From Eledone cirrhosa (Eukaryota): a DNA stretch of 64,000 nucleotides. The stretch spans positions 100,564,001 through 100,628,000 of the forward strand of contig OZ024740.1 in assembly GCA_964016885.1 (NCBI GenBank), written 5' to 3'. Shown one piece after another: positions 25,080 to 39,594 of the stretch; within the stretch, counting starts at the first letter, position 1, and each line of letters begins with the position of its first letter. The translations under genes were made by a program, and so were the position numbers. The notes under the pieces were generated by a model. The model ran no database searches. It worked only from the letters and a program-made list of their open reading frames with translations, and had not been told where the DNA came from.

Positions 25080-26060
25080 AGCCAACTGTTTGAAGATGCT
25101 GAATGGTTAAAACATTTTAAATTCTAAAACTGTATAGAGATTTCCAACAAAGAAAAGATCTACTCTATATAGATTGGAAAGACCTTCAAATGCACATTCC
25201 ACCTGTGAATTGAATCTTTTAAAGTGTATCTCTTTCAGGTAGAAATGCAGTATCTATTGGATTATCACATGGAATTGAGAACCAAAACAATGGAATCTTC
25301 TTATATCTGATAGAACTGCTGTTAAAATAGGATCCTATTCGCCAGAATACTACCATGAAAATGCTGAACGACCTGTCTTTCTGATCATTGAATGAATTCA
25401 TCTCAGAATGTTCTAAACTAGTGACATATGTTGTTGGAAAGGAGCTCTTCTAAAAATTTCCGAGTTATTGTGGATACAACTCCTGATCCCTCCTATATTG
25501 AAAAAACAACATTTATGTTGAGGTATGTTAATTTAAAGGACAATGGATTTGAGATGTTAGAAATTTTTCTTCCATTAACAAATTGCAGCAATAAACATGA
25601 AGAAGTTGCTCTATTAATCATTGACACTGCAGGAAAGCAATATATTCTTCTAAGTGACTGCAGGGCACAATCACATTGCCAGAAAGTAGAATGGTGCCTA
25701 ATCAAAAATACTACAGCAGTGATCAATGGCAATCATTTCTTCATGTAGCTATCATCCTCTCAATCTCTGTGGAAATAGCACAACTGAGGTTATACCAGAA
25801 CACAGCTTATTTTGAAACAATTTAAATAGTTCATAACTTGTTTGGTGATTGTTACAATTAATAGGAATTACTTTAAAATTTTCTAAGTTATTCACAGCAT
25901 GATATATCAGAAACAAAGTGATCAGATAAATTTGAAAGTACCAACATTTTGCATCTACTTGTAGTCATATTTAGCTAGCACTAAGATGTTTTAAAGTTTA
26001 ACTTCACAGTTAAGACAAGGTATGAAGTGAACAGAGTATTAGCCTACCTAAAATGTTTTA
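25080..26060 (+). pseudogene. Decayed hAT transposase (DUF4371/ZMYM1-like)
   Basis: ORF 25428-25748 FRVIVDTTPDPSYIEKTTFMLRYV...DCRAQSH matches the hAT first-Asp and CRGQGYD regions. Confidence 0.8.
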
Positions 26061-26129
26061 TATGCTAATTTGGTGGCACTTTCTATATTATTTCTATAAA
26101 GACAGCACTTCACACTTTTATCAGGATGA

Positions 26130-26760
26130 TATATCCTTTTAGTCTCTGATGAAGTACTTAAAGCTTGGTCTTGTGTTGAGATTAGAGTGATTCATCTATC
26201 ATAGAAGAGCCAATCTAAAGACCTTTTGTGCATTTGGCCATTCAATATCTTTCCAACTATTACTTCTCTATTCTCCACAGAGAATTTAATCTTCATCTTT
26301 CCCTTTTCTAAGTGCATTACAGTTGAGGTGTAATGTAGAAATCTTTTATCATTTTGTTTCACGTGGTAGTTAGTAGCTCTTCTTTTATTCTCATTACCTT
26401 CTGAAACATTTATCAGTCCTCTTCCTTCAACTGTGTATTTTATGTACAGACAATTTACTCATGTTTTGGGATGTAATGCCTTATGCATGGACAGCATTTT
26501 TCTTGTACTGCAGTCTACCTCATCAAACTCAGCATTCGCTCACTTGAAAATGATCCTAGTACAGTACTAATGACAGATATAGTCCAGATGTTTACAGCAA
26601 GAATTAGGTTTCTTGCATGAAATTTCGACTTGAGAAATTTTACCATGTATAGACATGTTTATTTTTTATTTTGTCTTTCATTGGTTTATGCAATGTCCCA
26701 TGAATCTCTTCCATTCCTAGACATCATCATCTTCCTCCTTATCCACATGTAATTTGCACA
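26130..26760 (-). mobile_element. Decayed R4/Dong-like non-LTR fragment
   Basis: Minus-strand remnants SKFHARNLILAVNIW, TRKMLSMHKALHPK and EGRGLIN. Confidence 0.6.
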
Positions 26761-28094
26761 ACGGTAGCACTGGTAATTCTACCAGTTTTATTCGCAATAC
26801 CTCTTTGGTACAGTTAAAACCTCAAGATATGATATGAATATCTGAAGATGCATGTAGTTGCTTGAAGTTGTAGCTGTACCAAATAGGCATAGTTTCTGTT
26901 ATGTCAGTTTTGTTGATAAGCTGTTCATAGAAACTATTATTATTATTATCAGAATATTTTATTTATTTATCTATATATTTATTTATTCATTCATTATTAA
27001 GGAGTCGGGGAAGCATAAGAGTTATATAATGTTTATAAGTTCAGAGACGAAATGGAGAAATGGTGCTACATATAAAATATTCAAGAAGTTTATAGTAAAT
27101 ATGTTCAGCTTGTGAGAAAAATGTTTAAGATGATCTCAAAACTTAACTATAGTTTAATAAATGCAGCATACTGTGTACACTGTAATCAATTCTATAACAA
27201 CATGCTGATAGCTGCTTTTAAGAACCATAATTCTGTCATATTCAAAGAATTAACCAAGAAATTCAATTCATATCTTTCACCATTCAATGACATGTACATT
27301 TACTTCATAAAATGTCTATGTAATGGGTGGCATTAATGTATGGTGTTTCAAAAACGGGTTCAAGACAATAATCTAAGAAAACTTGTTACCGATTGCATGG
27401 TTGTATCACTCAACAATTGCTATAGTTGCAAGAAGAATTGTTTTAAAACATCTATTCAGCATTGAAGAAAAGTGGCTATGCTGCTAACACATTAATCATG
27501 GCCTCTAAGTGACAGTCATATCCTATATGAACGTTACTTCAAACGCACACACTTATGTGTGTGTGTATATATATATATATATGTATATATATATGTATAT
27601 ATATATGTATATATATATATGTATCAGGATGGAATCAGTTTTGAAACTGGTTAGACCATTGCTCAACAGAGTACTCGATACTTCAGGTAGTAGAGTATGG
27701 TTATATTACAAAGAGTCAGGTTATGATGGCTGATGAGGTCTTCCGATTTTAACAGCTAGTTCCAGACTGGAAATAGCTGTGAAATTGCAAGATTTCTGCC
27801 ATTAGGTACCGAATGTTTATATAATATACATACATACATACATGCACACACACATACATATATATCCCTCCTTTTAAAAGCTCTTGAGAGGGGTTCTTCC
27901 AACAGGAATGAGAAGGCCCAGGATTGGATTGGATATAAATAAATATATATATATAAATAGATAGATACATAGATAGATAGATATATTGATAGTGAAGAGT
28001 ATAGACTAGTAAGACCATCTTTCAGCTAAGTACTCAATACGTGGAAAAGTAGAGGGTAGGTATTGTAAAGAGTTAGTGCATGACAGATGAGCTC

Positions 28095-28560
28095 TTGCCA
28101 TTTCAACATCTCCATTTACATTCGAAATGTAACTATCAGTAAAGGGAGAGTAGAAAGTCAGTTCAGTGAGGAATTTAAGATAGAGGTAGGAGATCATCAG
28201 GGTGCAGTTAAAATTCCACTGCTGTTCATCAGGCCACATCAGAGGAGTTTATGGCTGGCTTTCCCTGGGAACATCTCTATGCAGATGATCTAGTCCTTAT
28301 AGCTGAATCCATAAAACAACTACAGTATAAGTTCTGACAATGGAAACAGAATTTTGAATCAAAAGGTCTGAGAGTAAACGCAGCCAAAACTAAAGTGCTT
28401 GTAAGTAGGAAAGAAAATAGGACTCTGATTCCCTCAGGGAGGTGGCCCTGCTCAATATTTAGAAAAGGAGTTGGCAAAAAATATGTTTAATGTACACAAT
28501 GTAAATCTTGGATAGACAAGAGATGTAGTACGATATTCAGGCAGACTAACAGGAAAGGAA
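28095..28560 (+). mobile_element. Decayed RTE RT fragment
   Basis: [20 protein letters not shown] and PHD remnant. Confidence 0.8.
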
Positions 28561-28564
28561 AACG

Positions 28565-29420
28565 TTTTAGTAAAAAGGGATCGCAGAATGAACCAAATCC
28601 TTCAAAGTCGCAACATTATAAAGAGCAAAAGACAACCCAAGTGAATGAAAAATATCCTAATACGGTCCAAAGTCCAGTCGACCATAACAACAAAACTAAC
28701 AGTAAAAAATGCGGAAGACCCAACTGTATATGCATCAACCCAATAGAGGGATCAGAGTCCTGCTTCAAACAGGGGAAACACTTTATGGTGAAAAACAATT
28801 TCACATACAGTACATATCAGAAAAACCTGATATATGTATTAACTTGCTCAGGCTGTTGAGAGCAGTACATAGATAAACTAAAATCAGTCTTTGTCAACAT
28901 ATGACCATTCATAGATCCCAAATTAAAATACGGGAATACAGAAAAATAACACTGAGTGAATGCATTTACACCTGCGCCTCTAATGAACAACCCAATTTCA
29001 GAAATTTTCTCCTCTACAAATTTAAAGACAATGCTACCCACATTCAACACATGTGCAAAGAATCATACTTTATCACAAAATATAAACCCTATTTAAATGC
29101 ATCCACCACAGACGAAATTGCAACAAATACCCAACATTAATACCAATGGACAAATGAAGAACAACAGTTTTTCCTACAGAAATACTAAGAAAGATAGATA
29201 TATTTAGAAGCAATCACTACTTCAGGTCAATTTTTAACACCAATGGACACATTAAGAATGACAGTATTTCCTACTGGTCACATCACCAGTCTGAGGAGCA
29301 GATCAATACTGGAGTCAGGTCCATAACTCCTATGGATCACCTTGAGCCAATCCTCTACGAAACGTGCATAACAGGTGAATACGCAATCAATATTTTTCAT
29401 ATGAAAACAAGACTTCCTCA
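28565..29420 (+). mobile_element. PLE 3' part: GIY-YIG endonuclease remnant and tail
   Basis: KKCGRPNCIC...NLIYVLTCSGC*EQYI...IHRSQI...KESYFITKYKPYLN, followed by an HHR. Confidence 0.85.
29283..29378 (+). ncRNA. Type I HHR of the PLE, CpG-decayed
   Basis: Stem I TCACCAGT/ACAGGTGA, CTGAGGA, long stem II, GAAACGTGCATA (likely from GAAACGCGCGTA). Confidence 0.7.
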
Positions 29421-29926
29421 TTTTTTTTTCTCATATATATATATATATATATTCATGGATTGGAGATGTTAGCAAAATTCATTCAGTAGAATTAATGATA
29501 CTTACTCCAAATACTGTTACTACAGTTTCGTTGCTTCAGACCAATATCAAACATCCTAACTAGCCAAGACATCTGACATCAAGAGATCAGTAATCATGAA
29601 GGAACCTCTCAGCAATTAGAGAAAAAAACTACAAGTGATTGCAATATATAATATTTTTTTCAAATGAGAGAACATCATGTTCTTAGTAACCAAGATGAAG
29701 AAAAGCAACAGGTGGACTGGCAACATGTGTTGGAGTGCTAGAAATGGTTCACCATCCAACCTGTCAGCTTTACTCTATCAGAAGGAAGGATGGGAAAATT
29801 ATTAGATATATATATGTATAAAATGTCCAACAGTCACAATGGTGGCTCAATGAATAATTCAAAGCCCTATAAATTAATAAATGGGAGATGTTAGCAAAAT
29901 ATATTCAGAAGAATTTATTATACTTA

Positions 29927-30402
29927 CTACCAGAAAAACCACCCTTCGGGTGGTTTTCTGCTAGCATGTGTAGTGTGTATATTGATATTATACACAAGTA
30001 GATATGATACATCAAATAAAATCATAATTGACAATATACACAGAAATTGAACGAAGACTGCATTACACTGTCTTATGTAATCAGTAACATAGTCCATGAT
30101 ACATTAAAAAAATATGATATTATATATAAACTGCATTAGGAGAAAATTAGTGACGGAAATATATGAATGTTTATTTAAGCGATCGCTAACCGGAAGTGTT
30201 GATATTTGAAAATGTTTAAGAAGTGAATCTTAAATTAAGCCACAAAATGATTTATATTTAATCAAGAATAACGAAATTTAGTAGATAAATTATGTAATAT
30301 TCATTCATTATTTATTCAAAGTAATCCAACTTATTTTACAAACAGGATAACAAAATATATTCTGGACACGGTCCCGCACTTCTTACTTTATTATAGTTTA
30401 GA
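29927..30402 (-). mobile_element. Apparently complete non-autonomous Helitron (about 476 bp)
   Basis: Minus strand A|TCTAAACTATAATAAAG start; 3' hairpin CCACCC-GAA-GGGTGG then TTTTTCTGGTAG|T; second copy at 17040. Confidence 0.7.
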
Positions 30403-30804
30403 TTCCAAATACCCCTACTGCAGTTTCATAGTGTAAGTCTAATACCACACATCTTAACTAGCCAATATATATATATATATATATGCAGGTATGTTTGTAT
30501 ATTGTATAATATAGTCAGCCGATGTAGAGAGTAACGTAATTGTACAGAAACATATGTTTGTCCACTTCTTCCTACCTAGTTTATCCTAGTAACATATTTA
30601 TGTATATATATATATGTGTGTATACAGAGAGAGAGGGAATAGTATTTGACTAGTTTTCTTAATCAAAAACGCATATTAAATCTGTTACATTTAAGTCAGC
30701 AACAATTCAAATTCGTAAGCTGAATAGTTTTTAAAATAGATTGTTTATTTACTTTCTTGCCTATTGATAAAACATAAATAACAGAATAGTTGGCATACAT
30801 TTAA

Positions 30805-31050
30805 AGAATGCTCCGTTGGATGTGCAATGTCAATGTGCATGAACGACCAAGCATAGATGAGATGAGAGAGAAACTGTGTATAAGAGGGATAAGTTGTAGT
30901 GTGCAGGAGAGAAAACTGATATGGTATGGACATGTGATGCACATGGAGGATGACCGCTGGGTAAAGAAGTGCCAAGAAATCCCAGTAGAAGGAAGATGCA
31001 GTAGAGGAAGACCACAAAAAACATGGGCGGAGGTGGTGAGAGCTGACATT
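30805..31050 (+). mobile_element. RTE subfamily B C-terminal fragment
   Basis: MLRWMCNV...WYGHV...RGRPQKTW. Confidence 0.9.
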
Positions 31051-31089
31051 ATAGCAGTACATTATAGGCATAAATCTAAAAACAAATAT

Positions 31090-34000
31090 TTCTAAAGTCA
31101 AAATAACTGAATACAATGAGAATATTTTAAAAAATTGCATCACATTCATAACCTCTGATCTCTTGTTTCTTAAGGCCAGGAAAATGATGTGACACTCATC
31201 ATGGATCACACATTGCAAACTGAACAAGGAAATGTAGCCAAGTAGCCATGATCTTTTATCAGTCTTGAAATGCCTCGCTTTGTTCAAATGGTGCTTAGAG
31301 AATATATGTAATTTCTGGTGTTATAAAGAAAAAAAAAGTGGTTTCGGTTGCTTTTTATGGTGATGGACTTTTTATTCCTGGCTCAGTGAAGATCAAATTA
31401 AACTTAAAATTAGACTTCAAATTTAAAAAAATCTAAGATACCAGACACAATATTATGAGTGAGAAGATAATCTGTAAATCACTTTAACATTTCTTAATTC
31501 ATTCAATCAACTAATTAGCAAAATATGATGATCAAAACACTGCTTCATCATTGATTGTCTGATCAGATTTTTCAATTAAAATAACATTAGTAGTATAATG
31601 CATATTGAGCATGCACATATATATGTACCACAAGCACCAGGAATAACTTGTTGATTAAATGATATTTCTTCAGCTTTTGCTTCCATTTCTTCAAAGGCTT
31701 CTGTTGACCTTAATTTTAGTCTTTCTTTATGAAGAGCTGGGTCTATTTTATGGTTACAAGAAGCAATTCTTTTGATTAAATATTTTATTTGTAGGTTAAT
31801 AATTCCTTCCAGCAGGACATGCAGAAAATGTCAACTTGATATTAGATAAGCTGAATAAGTAACATTAATTTACAATTGAGTCATTATCCATATCCATTGA
31901 ACTGTTGTTACTAGTACTCATAAAGGTAACAATTATTCCATTATATTTCGATAGGAGGATCTTAGTTTCTTCAAGTTGTTCTGACCATTGTTGTTCCAAA
32001 AGCCTAGCAGCAATTTTGTGATATTGAAAATATTATGTATTGATATGCCGCTCTACCTGGCATTTGTACTAGCTAAAAGTAAGCCGCTCTACCTGGCATT
32101 TGTCGATCTGGAAAAAGCCTTCGACAGAGTCTCCCGTGCTATAATCTGGTGAGCTCTTAGAAAACTAGGAGTAGATGAATGTTCAAGCCATGTATAGGGA
32201 GCAGTCAGCAAACTTAGGGTTAGCAATGACTATAGCGAGGAATTTAGCATAGAGGTCAATGTCCACCAGGACTCTGTGCTTAGCTATCTCCTGTTCATTA
32301 TAGTATTGAAGCCAATAATGGAGGAGTTTAAGACCGGATGCCCATGGGAACTCCTATATGCGGATGATCTCACACTTATAGCCGAATCTATGGTGGAACT
32401 AGAGAAGAAATTCTAAACATGGAAGCAGGGACTAGAAATAAAGGGTCTAAAAGTCTCACCTGACAAAGACTAAGGTCCTCGTAAGTATATGAGAAAAAAG
32501 AACCCAGATCCACTCAGGAAAATGGCCTTGTTCAGTATGTAGGAAAGGTGTAGGTAGGAACTCCATCCTCTGCCCCAAATGCAAAAAATGGGTTCACAAG
32601 AGATGAAGTGGGATCTCAGAAAGCTTAACTAAGAATGTAGGCTTCACATGTAGCAGTTGTCCTGGGACAGCAAGCAGCAAATGGCCACAGGAAAGAAGTA
32701 CCACCAAACTCTGGGGGGACTCTGTAGAAACAGATGACTGAATTAGTAGCGGAGGTGGATGTTCGAAAAGTATAATAACTAGGGTAAGAACGGGATGGAA
32801 GAAGTTCAGGAAGCTACTGCCACCGCTAGCTGCAAAAGGCTTCTCCCTCAAAATGAAAGGCAGACTGTATGATGCGTGTATCCGAACAGCAATGTTACAT
32901 GATAGTGAGACCTGGGAACTGTCTGTAGAAGACTTGCATAGATTAGAAAGAAGTGAAGCTTGCATGCTCCGATAGATGTGTAATAGTAATATACGCGAAC
33001 AGAAAAGCATAAATGAATTGAGAGAGAGACTAAGCATAAGAGGAATCAAATGCTGTGTGCAGGAGAGGAGGTTGCGTTGGTATGGTCATGTGATGCATAT
33101 GAAGGATGTCAGTTGCATAAAAAGGTGCAGAGCACTAGAAGTCGATGGAAGTAAGGGAGACCCAAGAAGACCTGGGATGAGGTGATAAAAGCTGGCTGAC
33201 CTTACCCAATTGCACCTCTCAAAAGCGATGACACACGACCAGGACCTCTGGTGTCACGTAGTAATACAGAAGACCCGACTTCCCACGGGTACAAACCGAA
33301 GCTGAAGCATATAGACAATATGCCCCCACCCCTCCCACTGCAAAGTGGACGTGGCAAAAAAGCACCCAGCCCACACTGTAAAGTGGACGTGTAGGCGCCT
33401 CGGAAAAAAAGTACCCAGCACTCACTGTAGATGAGGTTGGTGTTAGGAAGGGCATCCAGCTGTAGAAATCAAGCCAGAATCATTTCCCATATGAGCAAGA
33501 CAAGGTCAGCCGACCAGTCACTGTCCACAATAGGACAACCCGTCTAACCCATGCTAGCATGGAAGAATGGACGTAAAATGGTGATGATGATGATGATTTG
33601 TATTGATCAAAATATTGTTTCAGGGTTGTTATATTCTTGATTGAATCAACAATCACCATAGGGATTGTGTGATTAAAACAAGGTAGATATGCTAGTTTTT
33701 CTGTTGGTTTTCCAGGATCAATATTTTTATCAGAGCACTGTGATATCATTTTAGAAAGGTTTATAACAGCTTCTCTCAATATGTCCAATAATTTCTTTGT
33801 TATTCAATGAAGATACACCTCATTATGTAAAACATGTGGTATATCTTAATATGACTCAAACACAACACCATTTTTTTGCAAAATGAGTACTAATTCACAG
33901 CGTTACCATTGTCTTTAGTTCTGTCTTCAAGTAATGTGCAGAACCAACAATCTTATATTTGTTGCAACATCATTTTTAACCATTTGTGTTAAAATGTCAA

Positions 34001-34618
34001 TTGTCTAATTTTAAATTTCTGGAGATAATACAAAATGTTCTTTGAAATGGTTAGATAAATTTCCACAAATTTTTATCATTTTCCCAATTATATGAAAAGG
34101 TACAGTTAAAGAGACCTTGCTCCTTTTTGAAAATATTACTATAGTTTCCTCAAAATGACAATTTATTTAATACTAAAAAATTCAACAGTTTTTGTAAGGT
34201 CATATCTTTTTCATTTAAGAGTAATTGTTGTTATCAATGTTCATAGCTAGAAATTGGAATAACTGTGAATCTCCTGTTTTCTCCACTGCAGACTAGAGGA
34301 AGCCTTTGTTTGATAAGCCCTTAGTATGTTTCCAATCATGATAACCTACTATTAGAAAGGCTTTCTATTGTGCATTCAGAAATAATAACCACTGAAGGAA
34401 GACAGAAAGTGACATCTCTACTTAGTGAATATTCTAACCATTTGCAAAACTCATACAATCTTTGTTTGGAAATTGGATAACCAGCAACAGTGGTGATGAC
34501 GTATTTGGATTATTATTCTAACCTAACACATTTGTTTACATTGGATTATATTTTATATCATTACAGCAGTACTTTAATTTGAACCATCTTTCCAGATTCC
34601 GCTAGCAAATTTATCCAT
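31090..34618 (-). pseudogene. Decayed hAT transposase interrupted by an RTE insertion
   Basis: Minus strand MDKF start (34618), WLEYSLSRDVTFCLP (TTF-type finger), GYHDWKH, SQCSD, YLPCFNH, RLLEQQW; TIRs not found. Confidence 0.78.
32045..33598 (+). mobile_element. RTE subfamily A, 5'-truncated, nested in the hAT
   Basis: RT, PHD, 3' UTR and (GAT)n; TSD TGTATTGAT at 32036-32044 and 33599-33607. Confidence 0.94.
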
Positions 34619-35159
34619 AAGCGGAAGAAAACAAAAGAAATTATTATCATAAACACAACAATATGGTTGTTAGTTTTTGTTAAATAAACGTTTATAAATT
34701 TATAGAAATTGGCTTGGATTTTTTATTAAACAAACGATTTATATGAATTTTAAATTGAAATTATTGTTATTGTTTTACAGATTTTGGCTCTTAATTAATA
34801 ATTTGATCAAACAGAAATACAGAAAAACTGATTATAATAAAGAATTGTGTACATACACATGCTTATAATTTTTCTTTTAAGCGGGAGAAATATAAAATAA
34901 TTGAAATGTGTTGTTGTTTTTTTATCTTTTAAATATGAAAGATTGTACTTTGTATTTTCGGTGCTGTTGAAAAATAATGTACCTAGATTATTTTGAATTG
35001 TTTTTAATGTTAAAAGATGAAAAATATATAAATACATTATGAAGAACACTATTATATGAATGCAAAATTTCTAATTATCTTTCACAAATAGAAGGGAATT
35101 ATATTTATATATTAACATTGTATACATCGTAGAAGGTGATGAGCAGCATTACCTATTTG

Positions 35160-35188
35160 ATATATATATATACATATATATATATATG

Positions 35189-35231
<43 letters not shown>

Positions 35232-35550
35232 ACCACCATCACCATCACTCGCATCATCCACCACCATCACCACCACCATTCACCACCACCACCACCACCA
35301 CCACCACCATTACCAGCGTAAAGCAAACAATTATTATTATTATTATTATATAAAATCTGAACTGCACTGGGAAAAGTCAACAGTTGACATGATTTTGATT
35401 TTGTATCAGTACTGTCGGTAATATATATATATATATATATATATGTGTGTATGTGAGTGGTGTGTGTGTTTGTATGCATGAATGAGTGTTGGTGTGTGAG
35501 TGGACTGTGTGTTTGTAGTTTGTATGCATGAGTGTTGGTGTGTGTGTGCG
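35160..35550. repeat. (TA)n, (CCA)n, (TTA)n and (TG)n cluster
   Basis: Direct inspection. Confidence 0.95.
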
Positions 35551-35599
35551 TGTCGTGTCAATAAGTGTTTTTTTTGTTTTTATTTATTTTTTATTTTTA

Positions 35600-38500
35600 T
35601 ATGACCATGCTGTAAAATGGAGGGGTAGAGAGGGCCCTTGAGTCTAGTAAGACATCCTCTCTAGTGCTGGTGGCACAAATATAAGCACCCAGTCCATGCT
35701 GTAAAGTGGCGCTGGTGTTAGGAAGGGCATCCAACCAGTGTATCAATGCCAAAACGCTTATCAGCTCAGCAACAAATAGGAACAACAACAAAATATGAAG
35801 ACGTCGCATGTCAGAGTTGCAACACTTAATGTTGGCATTCTCAGAGGTAGATCTGCTGAAATAGCGGAGATGCTGGAGAGAAGGCATGTGGATGTGTGCT
35901 GTGTGCAAGAGGTGAGATGAAAAGGTGCCTCTGCGTGACTAGTCGTAGGCAAACATCTTAGCTATAAGATTCTCTGGGTAGGTAAGGATGATGGGTTAGG
36001 GGGAGTAGGCATTTTCCTGGCTGAGAGATGGATCAATAAGACAATAGAGGTAGTTCGAGTTAGTAATAGAATAATTAAGCTTAGATTAGTTGTGGGAAGG
36101 AGACTACTGACAATCATCTCTGCCTATGCTCCTCAAAGCAGGCTTAGGCAAAGATGAGAAAGACTGCTTTTACGAGCAACTTTTACAAACAACCGCAATG
36201 ACATAGGACGGAGACATCGTTATGCTATCAGGAGACTTCAATGGTCATGTTGGACAGCTCCAGGATGGTTACACTGGGGTACATGGTGGGCACGGTTACG
36301 GCTCAAGAATTGAAGAAGGAGTGAGACTTCTTGAATTTTGTGATGCAAGTACACTGACTATTTGCAACACAAACTTCCAGAAACCTGCCAATCACCTAAT
36401 AACCTACAAATCTGGCGAGCACATAAGCCAGATTGACTTCTTACTAGTTAGGCAGCGGGACAGGCAGATAGTGTCTAATACCAAGGCATACCCTGGGGAA
36501 GAATGTACCCCACAGCATAGGTTAGTCGTTAGTGATATCTCAGTAAACAAGAGATGGAATGAGACATACAGGAAGGTGTGGAGAAGAAAGGTCTGGAAGC
36601 TAAAAGACCTTTCACTAAAATACAAATTTAGGAAAGCCCTTCAAGATGTATATGACGAAAAAGAAGACGATTTAGAGACGTATGACATAGATAATAACTG
36701 GAATTTCTTACATGACAACTTGCTGCAGGCTACTGATGAAACTTGTGGCTGGACCAGAGCTCCAACCAGACAGAGAGTGACCTGGTGGCTTGGAAAAAGG
36801 GTGGGAGTAGCGAAGGATATACAACCGCTAAGAGAGAAGCTAGACGTCAGGTGTACTTAGCACACAGGGACGCTGAGAGTAGAGGGTTCGCCAATGCTTT
36901 GTGACGGGAAGATCAGAAGCTTGCTGTGTTCCACATTGCAAGGCAGTGTGTCAATGCAAATCAGGATGTTTTGGAGATAAATGTGTCCGGAATGATGCCG
37001 GTGTCACGAATGATGAGAAAAAGGAGACCTGGAAATGTCATTATTAGAGATTGATGAGTGTGGAGGACGAATGGGAGAGAGAGAAATTACCCTTAGTAGA
37101 TCCGACAGAGGGACCAGCTATTGAGATTGACGAATATAGGCTCCAAGAGGTGATTAAGGAAATGAAAAATGGTAAGGCCGCTGGACCATCGGGGATAGTT
37201 GCTGAGATGCTGAAGGCATCAGGGGACGTAGGCACTAAACTGGTTGCATGCATCATCAATCAGGCTATATATGGTGGTGTCATACCCAAAGACTGGTGCA
37301 GCAGTATTCTCATAAATTGCTACAAAGGTAAAGGGGATGCTCAGGAGAGGAGCAATTATAGGGGTATGAAACTGATGGATCAGGTTATGGAAGTGGCAGA
37401 AAGGATATTAGCACAACTAATTAGAGAAAGGGTCAAACTTGATAAGATGCAGTTTGGTTTTGTGCCTGGCAAGAGTACAACAGATGCCCTCTTCTTGGTG
37501 AGACAATTGCAAGAGAGGTTCTTAGAGAAAAATAAGCCACTATACTTAGCCTTTGTTGACCTAGAGAAGGCCTTTGATAGGGTACCCCGATCTGTCATCT
37601 GGTGGTCCCTAAGGAAACTAGGTGTTGAGGAATGGCTTGTGAGGACAGTGCAAACTTTGTACAGAGATACTCTCAGTAAAGTCAGGGTAGGAATGGAATT
37701 TAGTGAGGAATTCCAGATACAAGTAGGAGTACATCAAGGCTCTGTCCTCAGCCCATTCTCGTTCATTATAGTCCTCCAAGCCATAACAGAGGAGTTTAAG
37801 ACTGGCTGTCCATGGGAACTTCTCTATGCTGACGATCTGGTTCTTATAGTAGAATCAGTAGAGAAGCTAGAGAATAAATTCTGGCTATGGAAACAGCAGT
37901 TGGAAGCAAGTGGACTGAGAGTGAACCTAGCTAAGACAAAAGTGTTGATGAGTAGAAAAGAGGACAAAACTCTGATTCCGCCTGGAAAATTGCCATGTTC
38001 GATATGCAGAAAAGGGACTGGCATAAATTCTATAAAATGCACACAATGCAGATGGTGGGTACATAATATATGTAGCGGGATAGCAGGCAAACAAACAGGT
38101 AGGGAGAAATATGTATGCAGTAGATGTACAGGGAAATTAGACAGTAGAAGTCGCATTGATAGACACATTTTTCAAATGCAGGAGCGTGCTATAGGTGGAT
38201 AGCTTCCGGTACCTAGGAGATCAGATTAGCATGGGAGGAGGGTGTTCCGAGGCCACAGCATCTAGAATATGTACGGGTTGGAAGAAGTTTAGGGAGCTGC
38301 TTCCTCTGCTGACGAAGAAGGGTTTTTCTCTGCGTACGAAAGGCCTGTTGTATGATGCCTGTGTGAGGAGCGCGATGCTGCATGGTAGTGAGACATGGGC
38401 AGCAACTGCATAGAATTTGCGACGGCTGGAGAGAAATGAGGCAAACATGCTCCGTTGGATGTGGAGTGTAAATGTGCGTCAACGACCCAGCATGAATGTG

Positions 38501-38820
38501 CTGAGAGAGAAACTGTGTCTGAGACGGATAGAATGTAGTGTATGGGAGAGGAGACTGAGGTGGTATGGACATGTGATGCGCATGGAGGATGGCCGATGGG
38601 TGAAGAAGCGCCAGGAAATGCCAGTTAAAGAAGACGTGGTAGAGGTAGACCACAAAAAACATGAGCGGATGTGGTGAAAACAGACCTCAGATCGTTGAAA
38701 CTCATGGTGGAGATGACGAAGGACCGTGACGAGTGGAGGGATGCTGTGCTGAATAAGACCCGTCCCACCCTTGCGAGCAGGGAAGAGCAGACGTAAAATG
38801 ATGATGATGATGATGATGAT
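35600..38820 (+). mobile_element. Near full-length RTE subfamily B (APE-RT-PHD), inactivated
   Basis: ATG at 35795 MKTSHVRVATLNVG...CCVQE; GDFNGHVG; RT ORF 37051-38202 with YADD; tail GACGTAAAATG(ATG)n. Confidence 0.96.
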
Positions 38821-39431
38821 ATACATATATACGTATATATATATATACATATATATATGTATATATAATCACACACATATATAAAGAGAGACATACATAT
38901 ATATATATACATGCACACACATATAGATATATATATACATACAAACGGACATATATACCTAGATATACATACACACATATATATATACATATACATACAC
39001 ATATATATATATATACATATGCATACATACATATATATGTGCATACACACATATATATATATATATATGCATACATATATATATATATATGCATACATAC
39101 ATATATATATATGCATACATACATACATATATATATATGTATCCATACATGCACATACATATGCATACATACATATATACATATTCATACATACATATAT
39201 ACATATGCATACATATATATATATGCAAACATATATATATGCATACATATGTATACATACATATATATATATATATATGCATACATATATATACACATAT
39301 GCATACATACATATGTATATATGCATACATACACACATATATATATATGCATACATACATATATATATATATGCATACATACATATATATATGCATACAT
39401 ATATATATATGCGTACATATATATATATGCG

Positions 39432-39487
<56 letters not shown>

Positions 39488-39518
39488 TACATACATATAT
39501 GCATACATACATATATGC

Positions 39519-39590
<72 letters not shown>
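38821..39590. repeat. Long (TA)n/(TACA)n/(TATGCA) compound microsatellite
   Basis: Direct inspection. Confidence 0.97.
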
Positions 39591-39594
<4 letters not shown>

